Assembly: GCA_016200845.1 (NCBI GenBank)
Contig: JACQDW010000067.1
Coordinates: 8,996-72,995 of the forward strand
Direction of reading: 5' to 3'
Source of the DNA: Burkholderiales bacterium
GTDB lineage: Bacteria > Pseudomonadota > Gammaproteobacteria > Burkholderiales > Burkholderiaceae_D
DNA length: 64,000 nucleotides
In this document: one piece after another, positions 1 through 9,010 of the stretch
Numbering within the stretch: position 1 is the first letter of the stretch
Layout: the number at the start of each line of letters is the position of its first letter
The notes under the pieces: generated by a model
The model's database searches: none
What the model saw: only the letters and a program-made list of their open reading frames with translations
Told to the model about the DNA's origin: nothing
Position numbers and translations under genes: made by a program

Positions 1-652
1 TCAGATCGCCAATAATGGCTTGGATAACACCATCGTGAGAGCGCCGTTTTCTGGGGTTGTGATTTCCAAAGCGGCGCAGCCTGGTGAGATCGTTTCGCCT
101 TTGTCTGCGGGTGGCGGTTTTACGCGAACGGGGATAGGCACTTTGGTGGATATGAGTTCTCTAGAGATCGAGGTGAATGTGAACGAGGCCTACATTGGAC
201 GAGTCACACCTAAAATGCCAGTGGAAGCTGTGTTGAATGCGTATCCCGACTGGAAAATCCCTGCTGAAGTGGTGGCGATTATTCCGACTGCAGATAGAAG
301 CAAGGCCACGATTAAAGTGCGCATTGCCATCAAGAGCGAGGACGCACGCATCGTGCCGGATATGGGTGTGAAGGTGAGTTTCTTGGAGCCGAAGGCGGCT
401 GTGAAAGAAGAGAACGTGATGGTCGGTGTGCGTGTTCCCGCAACGGTTTTGCAAAAGCAAAATGGCAAAGTGTTTGCCTATGTGTTGGGTGCTGAGAACA
501 TGGTGGAGCGTCGAGAATTAACGCTCGGGCGCACTTTAGGTGACGATGTGCAAGTCATTTCTGGTTTGAATGGCGGCGAGACTGTCGTGGTGTCGCCAAG
601 TGCGGAGTTGAAGGCGGGGACTAAGGTTAGCGTGGCGACGCCGAAAGCATAG
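1..652 (+). CDS. Efflux RND/ABC transporter periplasmic adaptor (MFP) subunit, 5'-truncated by the window edge
   Basis: IVRAPFSGVVISKAAQPGEIV biotinyl-lipoyl-like motif, beta-barrel and C-terminal membrane-proximal segment; directly upstream of an ABC ATPase and two permeases. Confidence 0.88.
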   Translation, partial: QIANNGLDNTIVRAPFSGVVISKAAQPGEIVSPLSAGGGFTRTGIGTLVDMSSLEIEVNVNEAYIGRVTPKMPVEAVLNAYPDWKIPAEVVAIIPTADRSKATIKVRIAIKSEDARIVPDMGVKVSFLEPKAAVKEENVMVGVRVPATVLQKQNGKVFAYVLGAENMVERRELTLGRTLGDDVQVISGLNGGETVVVSPSAELKAGTKVSVATPKA

Positions 653-724
653 AATGCGCCTTAATGCTTCCTTGGTTTGATTCGTATTTATTGGATTTCT
701 TGTTTTTAAATGAGGAGTAGGACA

Positions 725-1423
725 ATGTCGAGCATAGTGTCGAGTTTAGTGTCGATTAAAAATTTGGTGAAAACCTATCACAAAGGCCCGGAGAACATTA
801 ATGTTTTGCGTGACATTAATCTGGATATTGAGAAGGGTGCCTTTATCGCACTGATGGGGCCTTCTGGTTCTGGTAAAACCACCTTGCTTAACTTATGTGG
901 CGGTTTAGATCATCCCACTAGCGGGCAAATTGAGATTGATGGTCAGCGCATCGACCAAATGAATTCCAGCAAGTTGGCATCATGGCGTTCTCAAAACGTG
1001 GGATTTATTTTTCAGTTCTATAATTTGCTGCCTGTGTTGACGGCGCAAAAAAACGTGGAGCTGCCTTTGCTGCTCACGAATTTCTCTGCCAAAGAACGCG
1101 AACGGCGCGCCCAGATCGCGCTTGAATTAGTCGGCCTAAAAGATCGCGCTAAGCATAAGCCGAACGAATTGTCCGGCGGTCAGGAGCAGCGTGTTGCTAT
1201 CGCACGTGCCATCGTCTCCGATCCCAAATTATTGATCTGTGATGAACCCACCGGTGATCTCGATAGAAAAACAGCCGATGAGATTTTGCACTTACTTCAG
1301 CTTTTGAATCGTGATCATGGAAAGACCATCATCATGGTGACGCACGATCCCAAAGCGGCTGAGTATGCGCAGACCATCGTGCATTTGGATAAGGGTTCAT
1401 TGGTCGATGTCGCTGTACATTAA
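725..1423 (+). CDS. ABC transporter ATP-binding protein (LolD/MacB-like)
   Basis: Walker A GPSGSGKT, signature LSGGQEQRVAIARA, Walker B LLICDEPTG, H-loop VTHD; start placed at ATG 725 after GAGGAG. Confidence 0.93.
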   Translation: MSSIVSSLVSIKNLVKTYHKGPENINVLRDINLDIEKGAFIALMGPSGSGKTTLLNLCGGLDHPTSGQIEIDGQRIDQMNSSKLASWRSQNVGFIFQFYNLLPVLTAQKNVELPLLLTNFSAKERERRAQIALELVGLKDRAKHKPNELSGGQEQRVAIARAIVSDPKLLICDEPTGDLDRKTADEILHLLQLLNRDHGKTIIMVTHDPKAAEYAQTIVHLDKGSLVDVAVH

Positions 1424-1443
1424 TCTCACTTGAGGAAAATCTC

Positions 1444-2598
1444 ATGAAATATGTTTCCTTAATTTGGGCCAGTCTATTTCGTAAGAAGATGCGCACGATG
1501 TTGACCTTGTTGTCGATCGTCGTGGCTTTCTTGTTGTTTGGCATGTTGCAGACGGTGGGGCAGGCGTTTAGTGCGGGTGCCGACAAAGCTGATGCGGATC
1601 GCTTAATTACCAATTCAAAATACTCCATCATCGATATGTTGCCGATCTCATTTCAGCAGCGCATAGCCGCTGTGCCGGGGGTGCAAGTGGTGGCGCACGC
1701 GAGTTGGTTTGGCGGATCGTATCAAGACAAACAAGCGCAGTTTGCTGTGTTCCCTGTCGTGCCGGAAGACTATTTATTGGCAGCACCCGAGATCAAAATT
1801 TCGGAGCAAGCTTTGGCCGCTTGGAAGGCGAACAAAACTGGCGCCATTGTCGGTGAATCGTTTGCCAAAAAGATGAATTGGAAGGTGGGCGACAAGATTC
1901 CTTTGCAAGCAGATATTTGGCCACAAGCGAATGGTTCTTTAACCTGGACGTTTGATTTAGTGGGCACCTATCGCAACACCAAGGATGCGGGCAATGGCGA
2001 GATGGCGATGCTGTTCCGTTACGACTATTTTGATGAGGCGCGCCAATATGGAAAAGGAACCGTCGGTTGGTATTTGGTGAAGATCAACGATTTTCACGAC
2101 GCCGATAAAGTTGCAAAATTAATCGATACACAGTTCGCCAATTCTGAACACGAAACCAAGACGCAAACCGAGCAGGCATTCGCGCAAGGTTTTGCCAAAC
2201 AATTTGGCGATATCGCGTTGATGGTGAGCGCGATTTTGGGCGCGGTGTTTTTCACCATCTTAGTTTTGTCGGGGAACACCATGTCGCAAGCTTTGCGTGA
2301 ACGTATTCCTGAATTAGGGATACTCAAAACCTTGGGATTTTCTAACTCGGCCGTGTATTGGTTTGTGATGCTGGAGTCGCTCTTGCTATCTGTGTTGGGC
2401 GCATTGATAGGGCTGATGTTGGCGGCGATGGCGATCAATGGCTTGAAGTCGGCACTCACCGGTTTTGGGATTTCTAGCATCAGCACCACCGTCGTTTTCC
2501 AAGGGCTGGGTATCGCCTTACTCTTAGGATTCGCAGTCGGAATTTTGCCCGCGCTCAAAGCCATGCGCATCAAGATTGTTGATGCTTTGCGTTCTTAA
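1444..2598 (+). CDS. ABC transporter permease (FtsX/MacB-like)
   Basis: N-terminal TM, large periplasmic domain, ERIPELGILKTLGF motif, three C-terminal TMs. Confidence 0.9.
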   Translation: MKYVSLIWASLFRKKMRTMLTLLSIVVAFLLFGMLQTVGQAFSAGADKADADRLITNSKYSIIDMLPISFQQRIAAVPGVQVVAHASWFGGSYQDKQAQFAVFPVVPEDYLLAAPEIKISEQALAAWKANKTGAIVGESFAKKMNWKVGDKIPLQADIWPQANGSLTWTFDLVGTYRNTKDAGNGEMAMLFRYDYFDEARQYGKGTVGWYLVKINDFHDADKVAKLIDTQFANSEHETKTQTEQAFAQGFAKQFGDIALMVSAILGAVFFTILVLSGNTMSQALRERIPELGILKTLGFSNSAVYWFVMLESLLLSVLGALIGLMLAAMAINGLKSALTGFGISSISTTVVFQGLGIALLLGFAVGILPALKAMRIKIVDALRS

Positions 2599-2618
2599 TT
2601 GGTGACACACAAAAATTA

Positions 2619-2723
2619 TAGGGCTTACGCAAAATTGCGCTGGCTAGGCGTGGAGCCGAAGACAGTACAAATGTACGGCGAGGCGAACACAACAACGCCA
2701 GCGTCTGTTTTGCGTAAGTCCTA
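2619..2723. repeat. 105-bp fold-back MITE-like element (element A)
   Basis: Terminal inverted repeats TAGGGCTTACGCAAAA / TTTTGCGTAAGTCCTA (15/16), inner stem GCGCTGGC/GCCAGCGT, 52-nt core shared with 19924-20025. Confidence 0.8.
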
Positions 2724-2739
2724 AGACAGAGGAAACATT

Positions 2740-3927
2740 ATGTTTGCATGGTTTAATCAGATCTTCCAAATCAGTTGGATGAACTTAAAAAATGTCCCCG
2801 CACGATGGGGTGCTTCATTGGTCATCGTGGTGGGGATAGCGGGCGTCGTCGGTGTGTTGACGGCGGTGTTATCGATGGCAGAGGGCTTTAAAGCCACGCT
2901 GGGCAAGGCTGGGCAAGAGGACAGAGTAATCGTGATGCGTAGCGGCGCGACCTCTGAATTGTCTTCTGGCCTGAGTCGTGAACAAGCGCTGTTGATCAAA
3001 CAAGCGCCGGGCATCTTGCGCGCGAGTGATGGCACACCGATGGCAGCTGCGGAGTTGTTAGTGATCGCCGACCTGCCCAAGAAAAGCAGCTTGACGCTGG
3101 CCAATGCGGCGTTGCGTGGTGTGCAAAGCGGCTCATTTTTGTTGCGACCCGAAGTGAAGATCGTTGAGGGAAGAAAGTTCACACCAGGCACCCGCGAGCT
3201 GGTCGTAGGGAAGCAAGCCTCGCAGCAATTTGCGAATTTGACTGTGGGCGCTAAGCTTGCTTTTCGTGATTCAGATTGGACGGTGGTGGGCGTGTTCGAG
3301 GCCGCAGGCAATGTGCATGAGTCCGAACTCTGGGCGGATGCCGAAGCCTTACAAAATACCTACAGACGCAACGGTTTTCAGTCGGTGAGCGCACAACTGG
3401 AAAATAAGGAGAGCCTTTCCACACTCAAAGCCGCACTCAACAGCGACCCTAGTCTTTCGCTCAAAATTTCGACGCTCAAAGAGTATTACGCCAACCAGTC
3501 TAAACAGCTAAGCACTCTGCTGACCATATTGGGCTATAGCATAGGCGTGATCATGGCGGTGGGTGCCGTGTTTGGCGCGCTCAACACCATGTACGCAGCA
3601 ATCTCCACCCGCTCCCGCGAGATTGCGACTTTGCGCGCACTTGGATTTAGCGCTGGCCCTGTGGTGATATCGGTCTTGCTTGAGGCAATTGTCCTTGCCT
3701 TATTGGGCGGAATGATTGGTGCGGCATTGTCCTATTTGATTTTTAACGGCTACACCGCCGCCACCTTGGGTGCCAATTTCAGTCAAGTTGCGTTTGATTT
3801 TAAAGTGACTGGGGCGCTGATGATTCAAGGCATCGTTTTAGCCATCGGTATCGGTTTTATCGGTGGTTTGCTTCCATCATGGAGAGCGGCGAGATTGTCG
3901 GTGACGACGGCCTTGCGGGCTTTGTGA
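2740..3927 (+). CDS. ABC transporter permease (FtsX/MacB-like), second subunit
   Basis: Same topology as 1444-2598; TRSREIATLRALGF motif. Confidence 0.9.
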   Translation: MFAWFNQIFQISWMNLKNVPARWGASLVIVVGIAGVVGVLTAVLSMAEGFKATLGKAGQEDRVIVMRSGATSELSSGLSREQALLIKQAPGILRASDGTPMAAAELLVIADLPKKSSLTLANAALRGVQSGSFLLRPEVKIVEGRKFTPGTRELVVGKQASQQFANLTVGAKLAFRDSDWTVVGVFEAAGNVHESELWADAEALQNTYRRNGFQSVSAQLENKESLSTLKAALNSDPSLSLKISTLKEYYANQSKQLSTLLTILGYSIGVIMAVGAVFGALNTMYAAISTRSREIATLRALGFSAGPVVISVLLEAIVLALLGGMIGAALSYLIFNGYTAATLGANFSQVAFDFKVTGALMIQGIVLAIGIGFIGGLLPSWRAARLSVTTALRAL

Positions 3928-4139
3928 CAGTGACTTTGTGTTAGGACGTGTTTTTTGAGTATGTTGGATGCGACTATGAATGAATCGTTGCGCGGTTGAA
4001 CGGTGCGTTTAGATCAGAGCGTGTGCATGTGATCGTTTTGATGTTGAATGATTGGTCGATCAACTGCATTTCAGTGTCTATGCGTCGCGTGCAGTTTGGT
4101 TTTGTTCAGCTCGCGCATAAGGAGATCATTCAGTTTTGC

Positions 4140-4181
4140 GAATGAAAGACTAAGAATGAAAGGCTAAGAATGAAAGATAAT
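4140..4181 (+). repeat. Three tandem 14-bp repeats creating two mini-ORFs (MKD*, MKG*) before the methyltransferase start
   Basis: GAATGAAAGACTAA GAATGAAAGGCTAA GAATGAAAGATAAT; ATGs at 4142, 4156 and 4170. Confidence 0.85.
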
Positions 4182-4952
4182 CAGACTCCCAATTATGGCT
4201 TGGATGCGCCAATTGCGGTGCGAAACATGCTCATATTCGCGGTGCTGGGGATTTCCCTGCTGGTCGCTAGATTGCTCGGCGTGTGGTCGAGGCAGGATGC
4301 GATTGCTGTTGTCGCTCGGCCATTGATGTTGGCTGGGATTAGCTTTGGTGTAATGGCACTATGGATGATTTATGACAGTAAGGTCGGAAAAATACGCGAG
4401 CGCGAAGTCTATCTGGATCAAATCGACTGGAATGGAAATGAGCGCGTTCTGGATGTGGGTTGTGGGCTTGGCTTGTTTCTTATCGGTGCGGCCAAGCGGC
4501 TCTCGACAGGACGCGCCGTCGGGATTGATAAGTGGCAGCAGGAAGATCTCCTCGGTAATAATGCCGAGGGTACCTTGCGCAACGCGATGATCGAAGGCGT
4601 TGTGGACAAAGTCGAAGTTCACACCGGCGATGCGCGACAACTCCCTTTCGCCGACTCCAGCTTCGACGTAGTGCTTTCAAGCATGGCGCTGCACAACATT
4701 TATAGTGCGGACGAACGGCAAATCGCCGTGCGCGAGATCGCGCGAGTGTTAGCGCCCGGCGGTCGTGTGCTCATCGTCGATGTGCGGCATACGTCGGCTT
4801 ACGCTGCCACGTTGCGTGACGCGGGATTAAGCGATGCACGCTGCGTGCAAGGCATGTTCTCTTATCTGATAACGCTCATTACGTTCGGCGCGGCAGGCTG
4901 GGGTTATGTGATCGGTAGTAAGGTTTCGCCGGCCAGTGCGCCTAAGGAGTAA
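4170..4952 (+). CDS. Class I SAM-dependent methyltransferase with N-terminal TM segments
   Basis: VLDVGCGLG motif I, GDARQLPFADSSFDVV, RVLAPGG. Confidence 0.88.
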   Translation: MKDNQTPNYGLDAPIAVRNMLIFAVLGISLLVARLLGVWSRQDAIAVVARPLMLAGISFGVMALWMIYDSKVGKIREREVYLDQIDWNGNERVLDVGCGLGLFLIGAAKRLSTGRAVGIDKWQQEDLLGNNAEGTLRNAMIEGVVDKVEVHTGDARQLPFADSSFDVVLSSMALHNIYSADERQIAVREIARVLAPGGRVLIVDVRHTSAYAATLRDAGLSDARCVQGMFSYLITLITFGAAGWGYVIGSKVSPASAPKE

Positions 4953-5089
4953 AGTTAGACTCGAAAATTGGGGGGACTATTTGTAGTTGTACTGACTTGT
5001 CTGATAGCAGTTTGTTGTTTGAATCGTAGAGACACTGATTTATTTTTAGGAAGTATTTAAAAACGAGCGCACTTTCTTCATCGGTAATC

Positions 5090-5611
5090 GTGATAAAGCA
5101 TAAAAAATTTCAAACTTTGAGTAAAGAGGCGCAAGCAGCCTTAATGCGCCAATTTCCAGAAGTTCAAGCCGTGCTTGAAGGAGGGAGCCATTTGATGGGG
5201 CGTTATGCGATATCTGTGTTTGATCATTGGCTACGCGACGAAAGCGAATGGCACTTAATGGATTGTTTTGAGGGCCCTGAGCGTGCCGAGCGTGATCGGA
5301 AATTCCTAGCGCATTGGGAAGCGATATTCGATTCAACTGAAGTGTATACAGTAAGGTGGCGGGGGCGATGGCCGAGTAAATCTAAGTTGGTGATAAAGAG
5401 ATTTACAGACAAGGCATTTTTCATGAAGCAATGTCGTTTCGACCCTCGAAAGTCACCTACGCAGTTTGTTCTTCTTCCGGAATTTGACTGTATTTTTGTA
5501 GCGTCGTGGGATGATACAAATGTTTGCTTCTTCAATTCTCGGGAGCACGCGGAAGAAATCGTTTCTCTTGCGAAGCGGTGTGGATTGCATTGCCTTGAAT
5601 ATGACGCATAG
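5090..5611 (+). CDS. Hypothetical protein
   Basis: 173-aa ORF co-oriented with its neighbours; no motif recognised. Confidence 0.6.
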   Translation: MIKHKKFQTLSKEAQAALMRQFPEVQAVLEGGSHLMGRYAISVFDHWLRDESEWHLMDCFEGPERAERDRKFLAHWEAIFDSTEVYTVRWRGRWPSKSKLVIKRFTDKAFFMKQCRFDPRKSPTQFVLLPEFDCIFVASWDDTNVCFFNSREHAEEIVSLAKRCGLHCLEYDA

Positions 5612-5676
5612 CGATGACCAGAGCGTGTTCACGTTATCATTTTCCCATTTTAAGATAAGACCTGATCGGCTTCCTT

Positions 5677-6231
5677 ATGGCACGAGAATTAACCAGAAAA
5701 TTGTTTGTTTTCTTAGTCATCATTGGACTAACAAGTGTGACATATATGTTCGTACAGACAATGAAACCGACAGAGGCAGCAATCGCAAATCGGCCGTACT
5801 TCGAGGTATCACTATCCGAGATTCCCGAGGGAGAAGCGCGATTTTTTGAATGGCATGGAAAACCATTCTGGGTGCTTCATCGAACCGAAGTACAAATTCG
5901 TTCGATTGACTTAAACAAGTCTTTGTTGCGAGACCCAGAGTCGAAGCAAGTTCGGAAGCTTGATGCCAAAATGGATGAGTTGACTCGATCAAATTCACCT
6001 GAGTATGTGGTGCTTAGTTTATTGTCGAACGTATCGCCTTGTGGTGTTGAATATAGAAAGCAAGCCCCGAGCGGATGGGAATTGCCTTGGTATGGTGGGT
6101 TTGTCGATAAGTGCAAAAATGCCGTCTATGATGTGTCGGGGCGAGTTTATGCGACAAGCCAATCAGACGCTACTAATTTGATCGTGATACCTCATTCGAT
6201 TCTTGGCTCACGATTGAGCGCGTATGTTTAA
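5677..6231 (+). CDS. PetA/Rieske-fold protein lacking [2Fe-2S] ligands
   Basis: PetA-like segments EWHGKPFWVLHRT, LRDPES, RS..PEY, GGF and YDVSGRVY..NL..PH; box I reads SNVSPC and box II reads DKCKNA. Confidence 0.75.
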   Translation: MARELTRKLFVFLVIIGLTSVTYMFVQTMKPTEAAIANRPYFEVSLSEIPEGEARFFEWHGKPFWVLHRTEVQIRSIDLNKSLLRDPESKQVRKLDAKMDELTRSNSPEYVVLSLLSNVSPCGVEYRKQAPSGWELPWYGGFVDKCKNAVYDVSGRVYATSQSDATNLIVIPHSILGSRLSAYV

Positions 6232-6567
6232 GTGTTTGAAAGCAAGTGTTGAATGCGGTGTTTTTGAGATACTGCGCTAAGAAATCATCTGGCGTGATTG
6301 CTTGCTTTTTTCTGCCCTTCGCACTCGTTCCAAAAAAGTGGAAATAACTCGGAACACCATAGTCATTCGCAGCATTCGCGTTAGCGTTGGCATATTTGGC
6401 GAGGTTAGTATTTGGTTTGACCAATAGATTTTTTGGTCTTGAAGTTGCTTGGTTGATTGACCAACGTAGATAGAGATTTATTTAGCTGGTTTCTTTGTTA
6501 ATTGGGGCCGCCGGTTTCTGAAGTCTTTTGAGAGTGGCGGGCAGCACCTGTCGAACTGGAGAGAACT

Positions 6568-6912
6568 TTGTTTCGAATTTTACGAGTGTGTTCATGCCTA
6601 TATCTGTGCTTTGTGATACTGGCCAGCGTGGTTGATGTCGCTATATGGACAGTGATCGAATATCGAGATCAATCGGCGTTTTGTAACTTTTATGATGCCT
6701 TAACTATTGGGATTGAATGTCGAACCTTCGTTGGTTCGCAATTCTTAGAAACTCTTTTAAACTGGCCGTTGTTTCTCTTCAACAGCTTGGTGTTCGGTTT
6801 GTATTCTATTGATGCATTTATCTTTGCATTACTTGTTTGGTCGCCGATCATTCTTCTACTATGGGCATGCTTCCGGCGAAAGGAAGCATGCAAATTTGGC
6901 GTAGGCGGGTGA
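6568..6912 (+). CDS. Hypothetical membrane protein
   Basis: 114-aa ORF with hydrophobic helices; TTG start. Confidence 0.5.
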   Translation: MFRILRVCSCLYLCFVILASVVDVAIWTVIEYRDQSAFCNFYDALTIGIECRTFVGSQFLETLLNWPLFLFNSLVFGLYSIDAFIFALLVWSPIILLLWACFRRKEACKFGVGG

Positions 6913-6999
6913 TAAATGATAATTCGGCGTTCTAGTATTTGATTTTTTGGGATCATTCTCTGATTTACTCAAACCGATTACCTCACTTACGATATCAAC

Positions 7000-7293
7000 A
7001 TGAATGACGACACTTTTGTAGGAAAACGAATTTTAGTTGGGCTGAGCTATCTTGATGCATCGGGTGGCTTAACAGAGCAAATACAACTTCACGGCCTCAT
7101 CAGTCGAATTTCGAAACACTCATTGTATTTCGATCGGAGTGATGGAGGCGGTGAGTTTTCAATTCCCTTTGAGGGTAAATTGGAAGCGGGGATTCCCGAT
7201 GCTGTGTACACGCTACGCTCCACAGGCGAAGAAGTGTCAGGAGTTGATTATGTTGTTTCTTGGACCGTTCACGCAAGGAAAGATGAAAATTGA
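7000..7293 (+). CDS. Hypothetical protein
   Basis: 97-aa ORF with plausible globular composition; ATG start. Confidence 0.6.
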   Translation: MNDDTFVGKRILVGLSYLDASGGLTEQIQLHGLISRISKHSLYFDRSDGGGEFSIPFEGKLEAGIPDAVYTLRSTGEEVSGVDYVVSWTVHARKDEN

Positions 7294-7347
7294 TGGCCTC
7301 GAATAAGGGAATATTTGTGCTGTCCTCATTAAGAGTTTAGGTTTCAT

Positions 7348-7854
7348 ATGAACGCTACTAACACATACGCAATTGACAGTTTTGCCGAGAGAGCTTCACG
7401 TTATTGCGAATTTTGCGAGAAGACAGTTTTTACGTCCCACCATGCTTCGCAATTATCCGCATTTCTGTGTAGTTTGTACGAAGCAGCATTGCAATTGCCC
7501 AAAGTCGGTTTGGGCTACTGGGATGATGAATTACCTGATGTGCCCGAATCACAGTTGGCTATTGTGAAGGCGAATTTATCTGATTTTAATGGCTTTTACT
7601 ATAGTCAGTATTTTGACCCTGATCCGAAATTTATTCTTACAAGCGAACCAAGCTTAGGTGATGTTGGCGATGATTTACTCGATATTTACCAAGATTTGAA
7701 ACGCGGTTTATTGGATTTCCAACTCGGAAAAAAGGACGGAGCGCTATGGTATTGGTCTCGAATGCATAGTGACCATTGGGGGCGTCATGCGGTCGGTGCG
7801 ATTTTTGCCTTGCATTGCCTAGTGATTTCGAAGGATGTGAAGAATGAGTTATGA
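7348..7854 (+). CDS. DUF5063-like protein
   Basis: LY..AL.LP, GDVGDDLLDIYQDLKRGL, ALWYW and HWGRHA pattern recalled from this family. Confidence 0.7.
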   Translation: MNATNTYAIDSFAERASRYCEFCEKTVFTSHHASQLSAFLCSLYEAALQLPKVGLGYWDDELPDVPESQLAIVKANLSDFNGFYYSQYFDPDPKFILTSEPSLGDVGDDLLDIYQDLKRGLLDFQLGKKDGALWYWSRMHSDHWGRHAVGAIFALHCLVISKDVKNEL

Positions 7855-7870
7855 CATGGAGCTGAAACTA

Positions 7871-7991
7871 GAGACCTCCGCACAACTTACTGCGCGACCG
7901 AATTTTGAGTCTGCGATGCTCGCTGTGCCCTAGCACAGGTGCGCTTCTCGACTCAAACTTCGGCCGCTCGCGACAGTTGCGCAGAGGTCTC
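7871..7991. repeat. 121-bp fold-back MITE-like element with GAGACCT termini (element C)
   Basis: TIR GAGACCTCCGCACAACT / AGTTGCGCAGAGGTCTC; inner stems CCGAA/TTCGG, TTTGAGTC/GACTCAAA, CTGTGC-ccta-GCACAG; ends resemble IS5-family IS1106-type GAGACCT ends. Confidence 0.78.
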
Positions 7992-8106
7992 AACTAAGCT
8001 GTTTCGATTGGTATATGCCAGCACTGAGTTGCGTGACTGAGCGCTATTTGATCCACCGTGATTCGTGAAATCTATTGCGCTGATAATTGTAGAAAGAAAC
8101 ATACAC

Positions 8107-8406
8107 ATGACCCCCATCACCCTAAGTCTCATTTGCGGCATGAGTTTTGGCATTGCTACCGTGTTGCTGATGTTGCCTATGCAGTTTCCCGATAAGCGGC
8201 GTGCGCTTCTTGGGGCATTTTTTAGCCGCTTTGCGATTGGTTTTTTGATTCCCTTGTGCCAGATTCCTGGTGTGCCGTGGCCTTTGTCTGGTGCGCTCGT
8301 TGGGTTTCTCATTAGTTTGCCGGATGCTGTGATCACAAGGGCATATGCGCCCATTATCGGCGTGGGGGTGCTTGGAGGTGGGATCATAGGCTGGATTGTT
8401 GGGTAG
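8107..8406 (+). CDS. Small multi-pass membrane protein
   Basis: About 99 aa, Gly-rich hydrophobic helices; start placed at ATG 8107. Confidence 0.65.
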   Translation: MTPITLSLICGMSFGIATVLLMLPMQFPDKRRALLGAFFSRFAIGFLIPLCQIPGVPWPLSGALVGFLISLPDAVITRAYAPIIGVGVLGGGIIGWIVG

Positions 8407-8950
8407 GCCTAAAACTCCAACGCGACCCCAGCAATAACACCAGCACCGAGATCACGGTTACGACGATAGAAAAATAAAACGTCTCGGGCGCTTCTGCAAT
8501 TCGAGTGGGGTAGATTTTATAGGCTGCGCCCAAGCCGACGAGGTTGCCGCCTGTGACTAACACTGCTGAGGCATAGTCGTGAAATCGGCGCGCTTTGTTG
8601 GCGCCCATGGCCCATTGTGGGTGAGTGTTGTAGCTGGGCAGGCTGTCCTGTGCATTGTCGAGCCGTTCTAGCTCGGACATAAATAATCGCAAATTGGTGA
8701 TTGCGCGTTCTGCTTTGTAATTGAGTAGAGTGAGGCATAACGAAGCCACAGGAAAGCCGAGAAGCAACCACTCGACTGGCACTGTGCTGGCCGCCGTTCC
8801 CGGTTTGAGCGCGACCAGGGCGGCCAATAAACTCACCACCAAAGTAATGTATAACGCCAATGCTTGTTGGCGTTGCCCTATACGTGTCGTCACTTCTTGG
8901 CTGGCGGCGATGAAGCGGTAGTTTGCGTCGACTGCGGATTTGTGTGCCAT
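8384..8950 (-). CDS. Hypothetical membrane protein (about 4 TM)
   Basis: 188-aa ORF with a TM hairpin, soluble helical linker and second TM pair; 3' end overlaps the convergent gene by 23 bp. Confidence 0.7.
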   Translation of the reverse strand: MAHKSAVDANYRFIAASQEVTTRIGQRQQALALYITLVVSLLAALVALKPGTAASTVPVEWLLLGFPVASLCLTLLNYKAERAITNLRLFMSELERLDNAQDSLPSYNTHPQWAMGANKARRFHDYASAVLVTGGNLVGLGAAYKIYPTRIAEAPETFYFSIVVTVISVLVLLLGSRWSFRPTQQSSL

Positions 8951-9010
8951 GGGTGTGGCTCTTTCTAACGTGGGTGGAGTGGTGTGCCGCTTATCTGGGT
9001 ATTAATTCGG

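Noticed and set aside
3942-5635. IS-end-like fragments (TTAGGACGTGTT near 3942, CAGAGCGTGT near 4015 and 5619)
   Set aside because: Short, same orientation and without partner ends; could be chance
4953-7870. attC sites between the short genes
   Set aside because: No RYYYAAC...GTTRRRY paired boxes found after the stops, and no intI
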